The notes under the pieces: model-generated
Database searches by the model: none
The model's input: the letters and a program-made list of their open reading frames with translations, nothing else
What the model was told of the DNA's origin: nothing
Translations under genes and position numbers: made by a program
In this document: piece by piece, positions 24,601-38,033 of the stretch
Position numbering within the stretch: the first letter of the stretch is position 1
Layout: every line of letters starts with the position of its first letter
Source of the DNA: Lama glama
Taxonomy: Eukaryota
Assembly (NCBI GenBank): GCA_028534125.1
Contig: CM052832.1
Coordinates: 6,822,001-6,886,000 of the forward strand
Length of the DNA: 64,000 bases
Direction: 5' to 3'

Positions 24601-26464
24601 TAACTCTTGTATGTAATTCCCCAGGCTCAGAGCTCCCCATGATTTTTCATTCTTTTTTAATGACCTATGATTACAAAAGCAGCTTGCCCCTAATAAATCT
24701 GTCTTCTTTGGTCCCTGAGGAAATAGGAGATAGGTGGTTTAGGTCGAGTGCGTCCCTCTACGTGGGCAGGAAACCTCCTCCGTAACAGGAGGGGAGGAGC
24801 AAGGGAGTCAGCTAACGGGTCAGTGGGCTGGAGGTGAAGGGAGCTGCCTCCTCTGTGCTGTAAGAGGTAGGATCAGTTACTGCAAGAGGATGGCTGGTCA
24901 CAGGTTTGGAGGTTTAAGAAAGACAGAGTGCCTGGGAGGACCAATGTGGGGAACAGGAGAGTACAAGGAAACAGCAGGACTGGCGGTCAGTGTTGACACC
25001 AGGTGCCGTGAATTTGGGGAGTGACCCTGCTGACTGGCTTTGTCTAGCAAGCCAGTGGCCCTGACACAGGCATGAACGAAAACAGGCAGCTGATCCTCCC
25101 TGAGCTTGAGATTCTGCAGAAAGTATGATGAAGGAAGCTGAAGATGCCAACTAAAGAGGGGCTGACATTTGACACGCAGCAGCTAAGAAGAGATGTGAGA
25201 GATGTGAGAAGTAGGGAGATTTTTGGACTAGAGGTTCTGATGAAGTTATAAAAAAAAAAGTCTGTTTAAAAAGTAACTTTCAGCGAAAGTCGTAAGGATG
25301 CGGGGTTCTGGTCAGAGAGAGGTGAGTGAATTCATTATTCAGAGTAAGCAGACCCAGGCTATGGCCGGGTGTATGTCTCCAGAGGTCCTGGGCAGAGCAG
25401 CGGGGAGTTAACCAGCACCAACGTTAAGATGAGGAGATGGCTATGACGGGTACGTTCACGAGTCATCCACTGCAATTACTTGCAGGAAGAGACTTTGTTT
25501 CTTTCAGACATACCACCTAGATGATCTGCGTGTGTGCAGTCATTCCAACACTTACTGATGGAAGCTGGAACCCACTGGAAACCAGGGACTTAAAATTCAA
25601 GACTAAAGGCACAGGACATTTTTTGGGAGGATCTTGGGGTCTGGAACATCTCTACCACTTTAATCTGAGACGGGTTGCCTTCTGAGTGTGGTACAAGGAA
25701 CATCTGCTGGTGCCATCCAAGAAACCCAAACAGTACAGAGTAACAGAATCAAACTGCCTCCTTGAAGAACAGAGTAAGAATTCTAACTAGTCCAAGAGAC
25801 ATACTTTGCACAGACACAGCTTCCGGTCACAGCTCAGCAGTTTCAGCTCTCCAGAAGAGCAGTACTTGTTTCTCATTCAGTACTTGGTGCCCCCGACCTA
25901 GTGTTTACACACAACTCATTCCCTCCCTCAGACAGTCGTGACCGGGTTGGGTCAGATGACAAAACGATGCAGGCTCCTGCCCTGGGTCCAGCCACCTGAC
26001 AACAGGTGTGCAGGGCACGCAGGTCTCCATGAAAGCTGGGACTGAGTGGATTCCCTGGTTCCTCTCTGTGTCTAGCTGCTTTCCCGTAACTAAATATTTG
26101 TTTCCAATAACAGAGTAGACTAAAACAGCAAATACATGGCACAGTATTGTAAAGATACTTAGAAATCTTTTTTTAAAAAATAAAATGAAACATTATTTAT
26201 TGCCTTGGCTCCTTCCCTGAGTAACCCAGTCTACATTCCGAACCAATCCCACTGCACAAACTATTCTGCTGGCAAGTCCAGTCTGGTAGGTGTCAAACTG
26301 AATGCATCCCCTGCACCTCTGAATCATCTCTTTCCTTAGTTGCCTGATCCTTTGAAACAGCTTCACCGTTCTCTCCGGCAGGGATGTCCTGACAACCATC
26401 AGCTGCTAGGCTACTCAATTCCACCTTCATCTCATCCACAGCAGCAGAGGAGACAGAAGGATCA

Positions 26465-26580
26465 CGGAGGGAAGCTTGTCAAACTGCAGCTGTCCAGTCT
26501 CTACACCCGGGAAATTATGGTTCAGTCAGTCCAGCTGGTCTAGAGTAGAGGCCAGGAACCTGCATGTTTAACAAGCCTTT
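26465..26580. mobile_element. MER5-like hAT-Charlie fragment
   Basis: gggaagcttgtcaaactgcag...ggccaggaacctgcatgtttaacaagc. Confidence 0.5.
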
Positions 26581-27567
26581 TTAACAGCTACAAATTCTTG
26601 TCTGTCTCCACTGCTGCCCTGCTTCTTAAAGTCCTCAACAGCTCCTGTCCGGAGCCCTCTGTCTTTTGACTGACCTTCCCACCTGGATCACCTTCTCCTT
26701 CCTCATCCAACATCTGCTCCCAACTTAATTTTCCTGGGAATTGCTCTGTTCCCGACACTTCCCTAATAAAAGTATTCAGTTTCCCTGTCGACACAAAAAG
26801 TCCAAACACTTTCGCCTGGCATTCAAGTCCCTCCACAGTAATTTGCATGTGGACCCAACCAACATGCAAATTACCATGAAACAGTTACAGAATCATTGCC
26901 AACCTTAATTCCCTTTCGCCACACATTGTCACAGTCACAATCTGTCTGAAATGTATTACAAAGTCATGGTTGCATGGTCATGGCTGCATGACTCGGTAAA
27001 ATTCACACTTTAGAAGAGTGGACTGGATTGTATGTGAATTTTATCTCAATAAAACTATTCTATAAAAAAAACACACACAGAGTAGAGAGAAGTGAAATTG
27101 CAACCTTAAAAGCATCTGAAATGCCCTGCCACAAAACAGGCAACATTTTGTGTTTCTATACGTGAAATCTGTACTCTATAATACAGACTTGGATGTTTTA
27201 ACGTGAAAATGTATTAGTTTACTTCCCACGTGCAAAACAAGAAAACCTGTGCCTGTCCCTCTCTCACAAAATACTCATACAAATCAAAATCTTTCTTCCC
27301 CAAACCTTGAGTGAAGACGATGCCCTAGATATATGTCCTGTTTCTCCCGAGGTTCATTAATCCCTCAGCATACTGCTGGGTCCTTGCGCCCAGGCTTACA
27401 AGCATGGACACAGTGCAAAGATTACAGGCTCTGAAATCAGAAGGATCCTAGAACTTGAGCTCATTTTTAGCAGATGAGTGACTGTGGGCATGTCCAACTT
27501 CTTCCAGTTTCAGTTTCTGTTGTCTGAGAAGTGAGAACGCAGAGTTTCCTTTTATCCATCCTAGTTG

Positions 27568-28101
27568 TGTAATAGGAAAGAACAAATCTGCTCTGAGTTA
27601 GATCTGTTCCTTTGCTTAAACCCTGTGCTCTGTTTCCTAGGCAGTCTTGCTGGTTCTGCACCTTTTGTAAAAGGATGTTGCCTAGAGCCTAAAATATACA
27701 GGCGAGCCTAGTCTCAAGGCTTTAACCTTTAAGGATATTGAACACTTTTCCATTCATATAAAGATAACAAGTTGCAGAGTAGAAAATAACATTTATTTTG
27801 TTGGAGGTTTTCAGGGACACCATGATCTGGCCCACATGCACAGCTACAAGAACAAAGGAGTCCGAGAATAAAGAATTCCTGCACCAAGAAGTTTGCAACA
27901 ACCAAGCATACCCCCCTTCCATTTTAAATTAAAAGGAGCCTGAATTCTGACTTGGGGAAGATGGTTCCCCAGGACATTAGTCTGTCATCTTCTCCGTCTG
28001 TCAGCTTTCCGAGTAAAGTCATCATTCCTTGTCCCAACACCTCCTCTCCTGATTTATTGGCCTGTCATGAGGCAAGCAGAATGAATTTGGACTTGGTAAC
28101 A
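27568..28101 (+). mobile_element. ERV1-class solo LTR
   Basis: TG...CA termini (tgtaatagg...ggtaaca), near-perfect 4-bp TSD gttg/gtta, colinear with the LTR at 53655-54172. Confidence 0.85.
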
Positions 28102-29036
28102 GTTATAAAGCTGTTGTGTTGGGAAAAACGTCTGTACTATGACAGGCAGAATATTATTGTGAAACAATAAAGTAATTAGAAACAATTTAGTTTTCTTTTT
28201 ACATATGATGAAGCTGAAGTCCAGTAACTGACAAACTCAGAAAGCAATCAGTAGCTTTACAGTCTGCGCTCTCACTAATTTCATGTCCTAAACAAGTTAA
28301 CAAGTCTAGTAAAAGCAAGTTAAAAAGTCTAGTATTAATCTCCAAACTATTAACAGAACTTTTCTGGCCAGAACATCTTTCATTAGCAAGTGCCTGTATC
28401 TGTGTCTGCTGCATTCTGTTTCACTCCAACAGGACATATTAAGCAATAAACAAAACACCAGTGAGAAGTTCTCAAGTTCAAGGAATAAAAATAACTAATT
28501 GCTATGTTACAAAGCATTGGGAGAAATTCTGTAATTTTCACACCAAAAAAAAAAAAAGTCGAATGGAAAGGAAAAAATAGCAGAGTCATCTTAACTACAT
28601 CCAAATATCCAACAGCAACAGATCTATGCAGTTTTCTTCAATTCAGGAGACAAAACACACTACCTCTCTGGGATAACTTTCTTACTAGAATTCAATGCAC
28701 CTCAGCCAACTTTAGCCCGAGTGAAGGTGGGAGTACGATAGTTACAGGATATGGTGAAAGACATTTGCCACTATTAGCACACCATCTGCTCCCGTAATAC
28801 AAAAGCCCAGTTCTAAATACTTCACAAATACTATTTATAATGAAACTCTTATACCACTATAAAATAAAATATGCACATAGATAATTTTGGTGGTTTTCTC
28901 TGGACTATTATGAGCTGTTTTCTTGATAGTCTAAAGAAAACTGTAACTACTTTCTAAAAGACTTTCTTGTTCTTAAAAATTCTAGGATTCTAAATTATTC
29001 CCCAATTTTCCAGAGTACGCAAAAATATCTAGCAAG

Positions 29037-29537
29037 TGCCAACTAAAAATTGGCACTTGCCATCTGCCTCTGCAAGGACTGAATCACACTGGCACTTGTC
29101 ACCTACCTCTGGTTGGACTGTATCATGAGCCACTGCGGCCACTGACCTCCAATCCTCCCTGAAAGGAGTTCCGGGTGGAGATCAGGAAAGAGGCAGGCAC
29201 CCTGTGCTCTGGGGAAACTGGCAGAACAGGCCTTCAGATAGATATTTTCAGGAGAAGATTTTATAAGCCCAAATTCTTGCATCTCTTCAATACAAAAGCA
29301 CTAAAATTAATCATGATATCTGCTCCTCGTGACTAGCAGCAAGCTTCTGCCTAAGTGTGTGCTTGACCACTTGTAAGCCAGCTTCACTAAAATCGTACAG
29401 AACAGAGTTCCCCCTTGCCTCTGCAGAGCAATTGCTCAGACAGCTAAAATGCTGTCTCCCTGGCTATAGCCCTCATTTTGCCCCAAATAAAACATAACTC
29501 ACAAGTCTCACGTTGTGTGATTTTATTTCAGTCAACA
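29037..29537 (+). mobile_element. ERV1-class solo LTR (MER34-like)
   Basis: TG...CA termini with imperfect inverted ends (tgccaactaaaaa / ttttatttcagtcaaca), perfect 4-bp TSD caag (29033-29036, 29538-29541), AATAAA near the 3' end. Confidence 0.8.
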
Positions 29538-29864
29538 CAAGTATCCTCAAAACAGCTGCACTTACCTTACTTTCTACATCATAAAATAACCCGTGTCTTC
29601 ATCAAAATCTCTCCCAAATTATATTTTGTAGCTAAGTTAAAAGCAAGAATTGAGATTATTTATATTTTATATATTTTACTTATAAAATATCTCCTCCCTA
29701 CTTCTCAATTAATTTCCTTAAAATAGCTTGGAACAACTTCTGGGAAAAAAGAAGAAAGCTGGAATATGAAAAGCAGCAGTTGACTTCCTATAGTACTGGC
29801 AGGGTTTCCGGCTTGGGGCCACCAGGTGGGCTGGAGGTTAAGCAAAAACACCGCTGCGGAGTCA

Positions 29865-30040
29865 GGGCCGGTGTAAACCTGAGTCGGCCTGTGGTCACTA
29901 ACTGTGCTGAACTCTGAGCAGGGCTCTCCTCATCTGTGTAATGGGACACTATGACCTCACAGGGACGCAGTGCCCATAAAAAGGAAGCGTTGTTTGTAAA
30001 GTGCTTAACCCAGTGTCCAGCCGATGAAAAGCACGCGAGT
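29865..30040 (+). mobile_element. MIR remnant
   Basis: ctcctcatctgtgtaatggg core and tgtaaagtgcttaacccagtgtc tail. Confidence 0.55.
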
Positions 30041-30119
30041 GCTATCTTTCTTGGTAGGCTGTCTAGGAAAGCCGTTTTCAACTTGGTTCTGTAATCACCA
30101 TCAACTCTAGTCGAACATT

Positions 30120-30850
30120 CCGGCAGACGCAGGTGTAGCGCTGCCTGCGACGGCGCTCCTGTCGAGTTAAGCGCCCGCCGCGCCCGCCCCGCGTTCCCCA
30201 CCTGACCCCGCGGCCTCCCCGCGGCCCCGCCAACCCCGCTGGCCCCAGCCGCACACAGCGCCCGCCAGTCCACACCCCGCCGCCCGGTTTCCTTTCCTCG
30301 TCCCTCTCCGCCCTCCGCCGCCCCCTGGCCAGGTACCTCCCGGCCGCTCCGGGTTCCCCGCGGACGTCCCCCCGGGGATGTGCGGGCGCGTTGCGGGGAG
30401 GGGACCTCGCCACCTCCATTTTCAAAGCCCCCCACCGGCCGGGGAGAACGCCGGTCGCACCAGGCTCACAACTCACCCGCTGCCTCCGCTCCTCTGCTGC
30501 GCGCGGAACCCGGCACTCGTGGGCACCGGGGGCGCCGGAGCCCTGAAAGGGCCGGGGCCGGGCAGGGCCGCGCTCTTCCTGAGGCGCCTGCGCAGCAGCC
30601 GGCGTCGCCCGCGGCTAACAGCCCTTCCTCCCCGAGACCTGCGCGGCCGGCTGCGCTCCGAGGGTGCGGGGCGGACCGGCGCGCGACTGCGGAACAAGCT
30701 TCCAGCCCGCGGGCGCCTAGCGGTTTCTAAGACCCGTCCCCGGATTGGGCGCCGCAGCCGCAGTCGATGTAACTCCCTTTCCGATTGGTTGGATTCTGGT
30801 ACCACCTGGGGACGGCGGCCTTGATGGGGTAGAATTGGATCCAGGTGAAG
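30120..30850. promoter_or_regulatory. ENPP4: CpG island promoter of ENPP4, with a GC box and three CCAAT boxes
   Basis: Very high GC and CpG density. GGGGCGG at 30668-30674. ATTGG (CCAAT on -) at 30744-30748, 30784-30788 and 30834-30838. No TATA box seen. Confidence 0.9.
30477..30700 (-). other. ENPP4: ENPP4 non-coding exon 1 (3' boundary by donor; TSS approximate)
   Basis: Strong donor CGG|GTGAGT on - (GT at 30476-30475) inside the CpG island; exon 2 starts with a splice acceptor upstream of the ATG, so a 5' non-coding exon is required. Confidence 0.7.
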
Positions 30851-31938
30851 TTCGTTCCTCTCTCTCTCCTGCTACGCCCTTTTCCTGATGCCCCAGGACT
30901 GAGTGCCCTTGAAACCGAGCGAGTGCCGGAAAGGCCCCTGGCTATTGCCAACCCCAGGCTTACTGCCACTCCCAGCTCGCCCCTAGTTAATGCGCACCTG
31001 GCGGCCTGGATGTCTGCAGGAAAAGCGACTGCAAGGCCCAGCACAAGTCTAGAGCAGTTCCAGCCAGCTCCGGTGAGTTGGGACAAATACAGTGTGGTTC
31101 CACTGAAGTATCTGTCTTACTGGAGAAGCGAGCCCCTCTACATGCGAACTGAGTAAGATTAAGGTTGCAAGAAACACAGAAACACGGTCCTTGCAGGTGG
31201 GAACTAGTAACGGCTACCAGCTGAGAAATGGGCATTTATTTTTTACAGGTGCGCGTGGGATTGCGCGCCTTCCTCTTAATTGGAAGCTTAATCAAACGGT
31301 CGAATGTAGCCTTAAATTTACTAGCAGAAAAAGAAATGTCCAAATGGAAGTAGATTTATTAACACTTGGTTTACCCAGGCTTACTTCGCAAACAGAGGAT
31401 AGTATCTTTATTCTGTTTGTGTCTGCAGTGCCAAACACAGAACCTGGCATAGAAAAAGTACTCACTAAATGATGATTGGACTTAATGGGATGTTTTAAGG
31501 TGGTCCGGATTCATTGCCCCCCTCCCCCACCTGTTAAAAACTCAAGCTCCGTGAGAATATTCCATTTCCTGGTCACTGCTGTAGCTCTCGCCTGGCTCGC
31601 AGACATATATGTAATAGTCTCAGGTGTTAAGGATTTAATAGCTGTAAACCCAGTACCTGGATTAATAACCTGTGGCAGTAGACCTTAGAAGTCAAAGTCG
31701 GAAGTTGGTCTCATTGGCCAGAGCTTTAGAGTGTAGCCATTACCAAGACCCTGGAGTATGGAAGCAGCTGCGGAGACAGTTTGGGGCTGGATATAATCTG
31801 TGTACTTTCAAAAGTTAACTCCAGTTTCAAACTTCAAGGCTGGTTTGTGCATTGGTGCATTGGGGCATCCTAGGTCCCTGGGCTCTCAGAGGTGGAAGGA
31901 ACGGCAGATGCCAAGTTGTTCAGTCCCTACAATCTGCC

Positions 31939-32110
31939 AGACCTGAGTTTGAATACTCAGTAGCTGAGCAATCTTGGGCCAATGTTTCAACCTGTCTGAG
32001 CCTCCATTTCCTCATCTGCCAAACGGGCCCTCTTACAGTACTGACCTCTTAGGGTTATTGCCAAATAAATGAGATAAAGCAAATTAAGTCCTCAGCACAC
32101 CTGGTAAGTG
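31939..32110 (+). mobile_element. MIR
   Basis: agacctgagtttgaat...ctgagcctccatttcctcatctg...aaatgagataa. Confidence 0.8.
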
Positions 32111-34244
32111 TTACTGATTGTTATTGCTATGACCAGAAGAATGTTCCCCAACCCAAATGGTCAGGGGAAAGCTGAGTTCTGAGGGAATTTATGTAATGCC
32201 CAACTTAGTTGAATTTTAATTTTCTGGCATTTGGGGCATACGATTATGCATATCCTGTTTGTTCATTCACTGGGTGCACAACTGCTTGAAGAGTAGACAG
32301 AACTGACTGCCCGGTAAGTCAGACTCTGATGGAAACAGGAGTTGGATGGGCATCAGGTGAGAAGGGCTCCCTTCATTCACTGCCCCTACCCCTGCCCTTG
32401 TGGCTGGGTCAGATCAGGGAGTCCTATGCAGTCTGATCTCTGTAAGACAGTGTGGTCAAGAACAGAGGGACAGAATTATTTGTAAGGATCTTTTGGTACC
32501 AAGGGTCTGTTATCCTACAAATAATTACTGTTTCAACCACGCATAAAAACCTATTTAAATATCCTTAAATAATAAGAATATTTAGAATCTCATGAAACAG
32601 GAAGTCCAGAGATAGAACAGGCTTCAGAATTGGTTGACCTAGCCGCTCAACAGTGTCACCACATCCTGGGTTCTTCCTCACTCTTCACCTGGCTGTTAAC
32701 AGAATTGGCTTCTGGTTCCCCTCGTGGTTTCGGGAGTCATGATTCATTTTTCACTTCTGTTTGGGCAATAGAAATGACTTCTAGGGTTTTTTGGTTTTGA
32801 TTTTGGCTCTAGCAACCAAGTCTTTCCATCACCTTGATTAGAATTATGTCATATGCCCAAATTTAAGTCTGCAAGGAACATGAATTTACCAGCAGGCCAA
32901 TTCAGTCTACACTTTGACCTGAGTTCTCTTCCCCAGAGCGCATGTCTTCTCTCTGTGGGAGTGAGGTGGAGTGGGTGCTGGGAAGTCCACTGGAAAGTCC
33001 ACTGAAGGGTCATTGGAGGCATTTAATGATGATAAAAGAAAACATAACAGTAACAAATTCTTCATCTCCAATGTGATTTTTTGACATACTGTTTTGTTTA
33101 GGTAGGCAAAATAATAGCATTCATTTATAATGTTCTTTCAGCTCAGCTTTTGAAAAAGAGATACATATACAATTCTTAGAAATATGGATAAAGTTGAAAC
33201 CCATTTTGTGTTGGAGTTTGAAATGAACTAGGAACTATAGTCTAAACCCATTTACAAATGCATCTTGTGCCCCAGAGGGAAATGAGTTGGCTAAATTCAC
33301 AAAAACTCATTTAGAGTCTTTGCCTCCACGGCCAGTGTGGGGTTTGGAAGCAGCCTGTTAGAGGCAGTGTCTTCCCCTCCCTACTCCATTAACTAACAAG
33401 ATGTAGCATTCATTCATTAGTGTAAAATATGTTAAATGTTTATTCTGTTTTTGAGATCAATGACATAGCGCTTCATGCAGTTATTTCTCTTTTAAATTCC
33501 TATTTTGTAATGCATCACTCACTGCTGGCAGGAATGGGTCAGAAGTTAGTGGTTACAGGAAAAAAGTTTCAGAACAGAAGCCCCAAAGGAAAACAATCCT
33601 GCCCACTGTTAAGTCTGACTTAACAACAAAACTGAAACTAGTGAATCAAATTTCAAATCACTAGGAAGGTATTTTATGTTTTGCTTTTTAATATATATTA
33701 AGTGTTAATGTAAAGAAGACATAATACAAGTTTTATCTTAAATATATGATGAGGAAAGAACCTGAGGAGCCATAACACTAATAATTCTGGAAGTTCATTT
33801 AACAGAAAGTCTGCATCCACTCCATTCCCAGCATGATTTCATTTGAATAACCAATTGCTGACTGTTTAAATACTATCAAAAGTGATTCTCTTTTGTCCAT
33901 CATGAACTACTTTTTGTTAAGCATTCTCCCCTCTAAAGGAATTTTTTAAAATATTTAATAAAGTTGTTCAAGAAAGAGTATAAATTCTTTTGAGGCCTTC
34001 TTATGTGGAAGCCAATGTGCTAAATTTTACAAAAGATACAAGAATAATAAGTAAGATTCAGTCCTTGTCCTCAAGATGCCTCTCATCCAGGAAGGCACAT
34101 GGAGAGGATATTACTTTGTTACTTTTGCCAGAATTCATTTCCCCTTCTTCCAGTGTCTCCTCCAGGAAACCATCCTACTTTCACACTTAGTTGCGGGAAT
34201 CTGATGGGGCTGACCACAACCCGCCGCCTCGCCAGTGGACTCCT

Positions 34245-34362
34245 CTGGTGACCAGCTATCTCAGTTTGCCCAAAACTGGGTGGGGGGGTCTCCTGGAGCA
34301 CAGGACTTCAATGCTGAAACCAGAAAAGTCACAGGCAAATTGGGATGAGCTGGTCCCACCTA
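34245..34362. mobile_element. MER81-like hAT-Blackjack MITE
   Basis: ~115 bp with imperfect inverted ends ggtgaccagctatctcagtttgccc / ggcaaattgggatgagctggtcccacc. Confidence 0.65.
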
Positions 34363-34526
34363 CTGTGACCTGAGCCTGGCTTATTAGAGCCAGTTCTGGA
34401 ATTAGTTCTATGGTGGGTGATGGGGGCATACTTCAGGCCAGACCAAGAAGATTCGATCCTGAAACATTTGTTAAAACATCGAGAAAGAGTCTATTTTTCA
34501 GCAGGAGCAGCTGAATAAGCAGAATA

Positions 34527-36900
34527 CAGGCATGTCTCCTTTCATCCCCCTTCACGAGACTGCATTTTTTACAAATTGAAAGTCTGTGGCCACCCTGTGT
34601 TGTCAGTTTATGGGCACCAGTTTTCCAACAGCATTTGCTCATTTTATCTCTGTCACATTTTGATAATTCTTACAATATTTTAAATGTTTTCATTATTATT
34701 GTATCCGTTAAGGTGATCTGTGAGCAGTGATCTTTGGTGTTACTATTGTCGTTGTTTTGGGGGACCTGCAAACGGCTCCCATAGAAGGCAGCAGATTCAA
34801 TCAGTAAAAGTTGTGTGTGTTCTGTCTGCTCCACCGACCAGCTGTTCCTCCATCTCTCTCCCTTTCCTCAGGCCTCCCTATTCCCCAAGACACAACAATA
34901 TTGTAATTAGGCTAATTAATAACCCTACAGTGGCCTCTCAGTGTTCAGGTGAAAGGAATAGCCCCACGTCTCTCACTTTAAATTGAAAGCTAGAAGTGAT
35001 TAAGCCTAGTGAGGAAGGCGTATCATAAGCCAAGACAGGCTGGAAGCTAGGCCTTTAGCGCCAGTAAGCCAAGTTGTGAGTGCAAAGGAAAAGTTCTTGA
35101 AGGAAATCCTGTGTGCTGGTCCAGTGAACACATGGATGATAAGAAAGCGAAACAGCCTTATTGCTGCTATGGAGAAAGTCTGAGTGGTCTGGATGGAAGA
35201 TTAAACCAGCTACAACATTCCCTCAAGCCTAAACCTAGTCCAGAGCAAGACCTAACTTTCTTCAGTTCCAGGAAGGCTGAGAGAGGTGAGGAAGCTGCAG
35301 AAGAAAAGTGCGAAGCCAGCAGAGGTTGGTCCATGAGGCTAAAGGAAAGAAGCTGTCTCCATAACGTCAAAGTGCAAGGTGAGGCAGGCAGTGCTGATGG
35401 AGAAGCTGCAGCAAGTTACCCAGAAGATCTAGCTCTGATAATTGATAAAGGTAGGTATGGTAAATAACAGGTTTTCAATGTAGATGGAACAGCCTTCTCT
35501 TGGAAGAAGAGGCCATGTAGGACTTTCATAGCTAGAGAGGAGAAGTCAATGCCTGGTTTCAAAGCTTCAAAGGACAGGCTGACTCTCTTGTTAGGGGCTA
35601 ATGCAACCAGTGACTCTAAGTTCAAGCCAGTGCTCATTTACCATTCTGAAAATCCTAGGACCCTTAAGAATTATGCTAAATCTGCTCTGCCTGTGCTGTA
35701 TACATGGAACAGTGAAACAGATGATTGCACCTCTGTTTAAAATATGGTTTACTGAATATTTTAAGCCCACTGTTGAGACCTGTTGCCCCCCAAAAAAATT
35801 TCTTTCAAAATGTGACTGCTCATCCACAGGCACTTCATCCCCCAAAAGCTCGGATGGAGATACATATTGAGGTTAATGTTGTTTTCATGTTTGCTAATAC
35901 AACATCCATTCTGCAGTCTACGGATCAAAGAGTAATTTTTGACTTTCAAGTCTTATTATTTAAGAAATATATCTTGTAAGACTATAGCTACCGTAGATAG
36001 TGATTAATCTGGTGGATCTGGGCAAAGTAAATTGAAAGCTTTCAGGAAAGGATTCACTATTCTGGATGCCATTAAGGATATTTGTGATTGGGAAAATGGG
36101 AAGAGGTCACAATATCACATCAGCAGGAGTTTGAAAAAAGTTGATTCCAACCCTCCTGGGTGACTTTGAGGGGTTCAAGTCTTCAGTGGATGAGGTCACT
36201 GCAGATGTGGTGGAAATAGCCAGAGAACTAGAATGAGGAATGGAGCCTAAAGGTGTGACTGAGTTGCTGCTGTCTCATGATAAAGCTCTAATGGATGAAG
36301 CGTTGTTTCTAATGAATGAGCAAAAAAGGTTAGCGGGAGTCCACTCCTTTGAAGATGCTGTGAAGATAGCTGAAATGACAACAAAGGATTTAGAATGTGA
36401 CATAAACTAGATTGAAAAAGCAGCAGGAGGGTTTGAGAGGATTGACTCTAATTTTGAAAGAAGGTCTACTGTGGGTAAAACGCTCTCCAGCAGCACTGCT
36501 TGCTACAGAGGAGTTGTTCATGAAAAGAGGACCATGTGACCAACTTCATTGTCTTATTTTAAGAAATTTCCCCAGCCACCTCAACCATCAGCAACCACCA
36601 CCCTGATCAGTCAGCAGCCTTCTACATCCAGGCAGGACTCTCCACTAACAAAAGATTAGGACCCTCTGAAGGTTCAGATGATGGTTAACTTTTTAGCAAT
36701 AAAGTATTTTTAATTTAGGAGTGTACATTTATTTTTTCAGACATAATGCTATTGTACACTATAAATAAACTACAGTGTAGTGTAAATATGACTTTTATAT
36801 GCATTGAGAAACCAAAATATTCATGTGGCTGGTGTTATTGCAATATTTGCTGTATTACAGTGGTCTGCAGCTGCACCTGGAATATCTCTGTGTAAGCCTG
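34527..36900 (+). mobile_element. Near full-length Tigger1 DNA transposon with decayed transposase
   Basis: Left end TA|caggcatgtctc, right end aatatctctgtgtaagcctg; ~2.37 kb. Transposase fragments ([52 protein letters not shown]) lie in several frames. Confidence 0.93.
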
Positions 36901-36973
36901 GAGCTGCTGGCCCTATACAGGGAAAGTCTACCTGGGAATGAAGCCAATTACTTACATCTAAAAAGGGGATAGA

Positions 36974-37086
36974 GGGGCCAGGGAGTATAGCTCAGTGGTA
37001 GAGCTTGTGCTCAGCATGCACAAGGTCCTGGGTTCAGTCCCCAGTACCTCCAGTAACAACAACAACAAAATAATAACAAAATAAGA
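36974..37086 (+). mobile_element. tRNA-derived SINE (Vic-1-like)
   Basis: gtatagctcagtggtagag...gtcctgggttcagtccccagtacctcc plus A-rich tail; degenerate TSD aaaaggggat/aaaagggtat. Confidence 0.9.
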
Positions 37087-37190
37087 AAAGGGTATCAGGA
37101 AAGCAAACACCGGCTTACATTATACTATCAAGTAAGCTAAATGCTATAAGAGAAGCCCAAAAGAGAGAGGATAAATCATGCAGTTCAGTT

Positions 37191-37407
37191 GGGAGTTTGG
37201 GATTAGCAGATACAAGCTACTATATATAAAATATATAAACAAGGCCTTACTGTGTAGCACAGAGAACAATATTCAATAACTTATAGTAGCCTATAATAAA
37301 AAAGAATATAAAAGGAATATATATATATATATATATATATATGAATCACTATGCTGTACATCAGAAACTACCACAACATTGTAAATTGACTGTACTTCAA
37401 TAAAAAA
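37191..37407 (+). mobile_element. L1 3'UTR fragment with internal (TA)n
   Basis: gggagtttgggattagcagatacaa...tgaatcactatgctgtaca...gtacttcaataaaaaa. Confidence 0.85.
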
Positions 37408-38033
37408 TTTTGAAGGTCGGATCTGAACAGATCCTGCTAACGCAGAAACAAGTGAGGGAGCAAGGAATGTGCTAAAGCCAAATACTTGCTGAAAAGAGAA
37501 AGTTGAATTCTGCACTCTGTTCCAACATACCACCTCAGAGAAGAAGTAGGTGGACTTCTGGCCCCTTTTCCAGAAGCCAGTGCAGTCCTGACTCCTCACC
37601 ATTACTGCTTCATATGATAATGATGTCGTTACCAACTCCCACCCAGGACACGCAGGCCCAGCTCCCCACAAGACTCAAGACACCCAGCATCGTGGCTTCC
37701 AACCGCCTGCACCAGAGTCTCAACCACAGGCTCTGATGGTTCACCTTCAAGGATCACCTTCTACGGTCCAGCCTCCAGGGTTTCCCTGGAGCCACCCAGC
37801 TGCTCACCAAATCCCCTATCTTCTCATTTTCCTCTCCATGTCACTCATTTGCAGCATTCAGATGTTCTTGTGCCAGTGAGCTGTTTTGCTGTCATCTTGG
37901 AGATTTGCCAGGGTCACCCGATGATTTTCCGAATCCCCCCCAGCAGCTGGTGAACATCTTATTACTCTTCCACATCTTCTGTGTGCGACTCAGACCATGG
38001 AGGACCCCCAGAGATTCAGGGAAGCTCTTTACC

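Noticed and set aside
29788..31156. Several overlapping 100-215 aa Arg/Gly/Pro-rich ORFs
   Set aside because: Expected by-product of a stop-poor CpG island; found in multiple frames on both strands with no recognisable domain.
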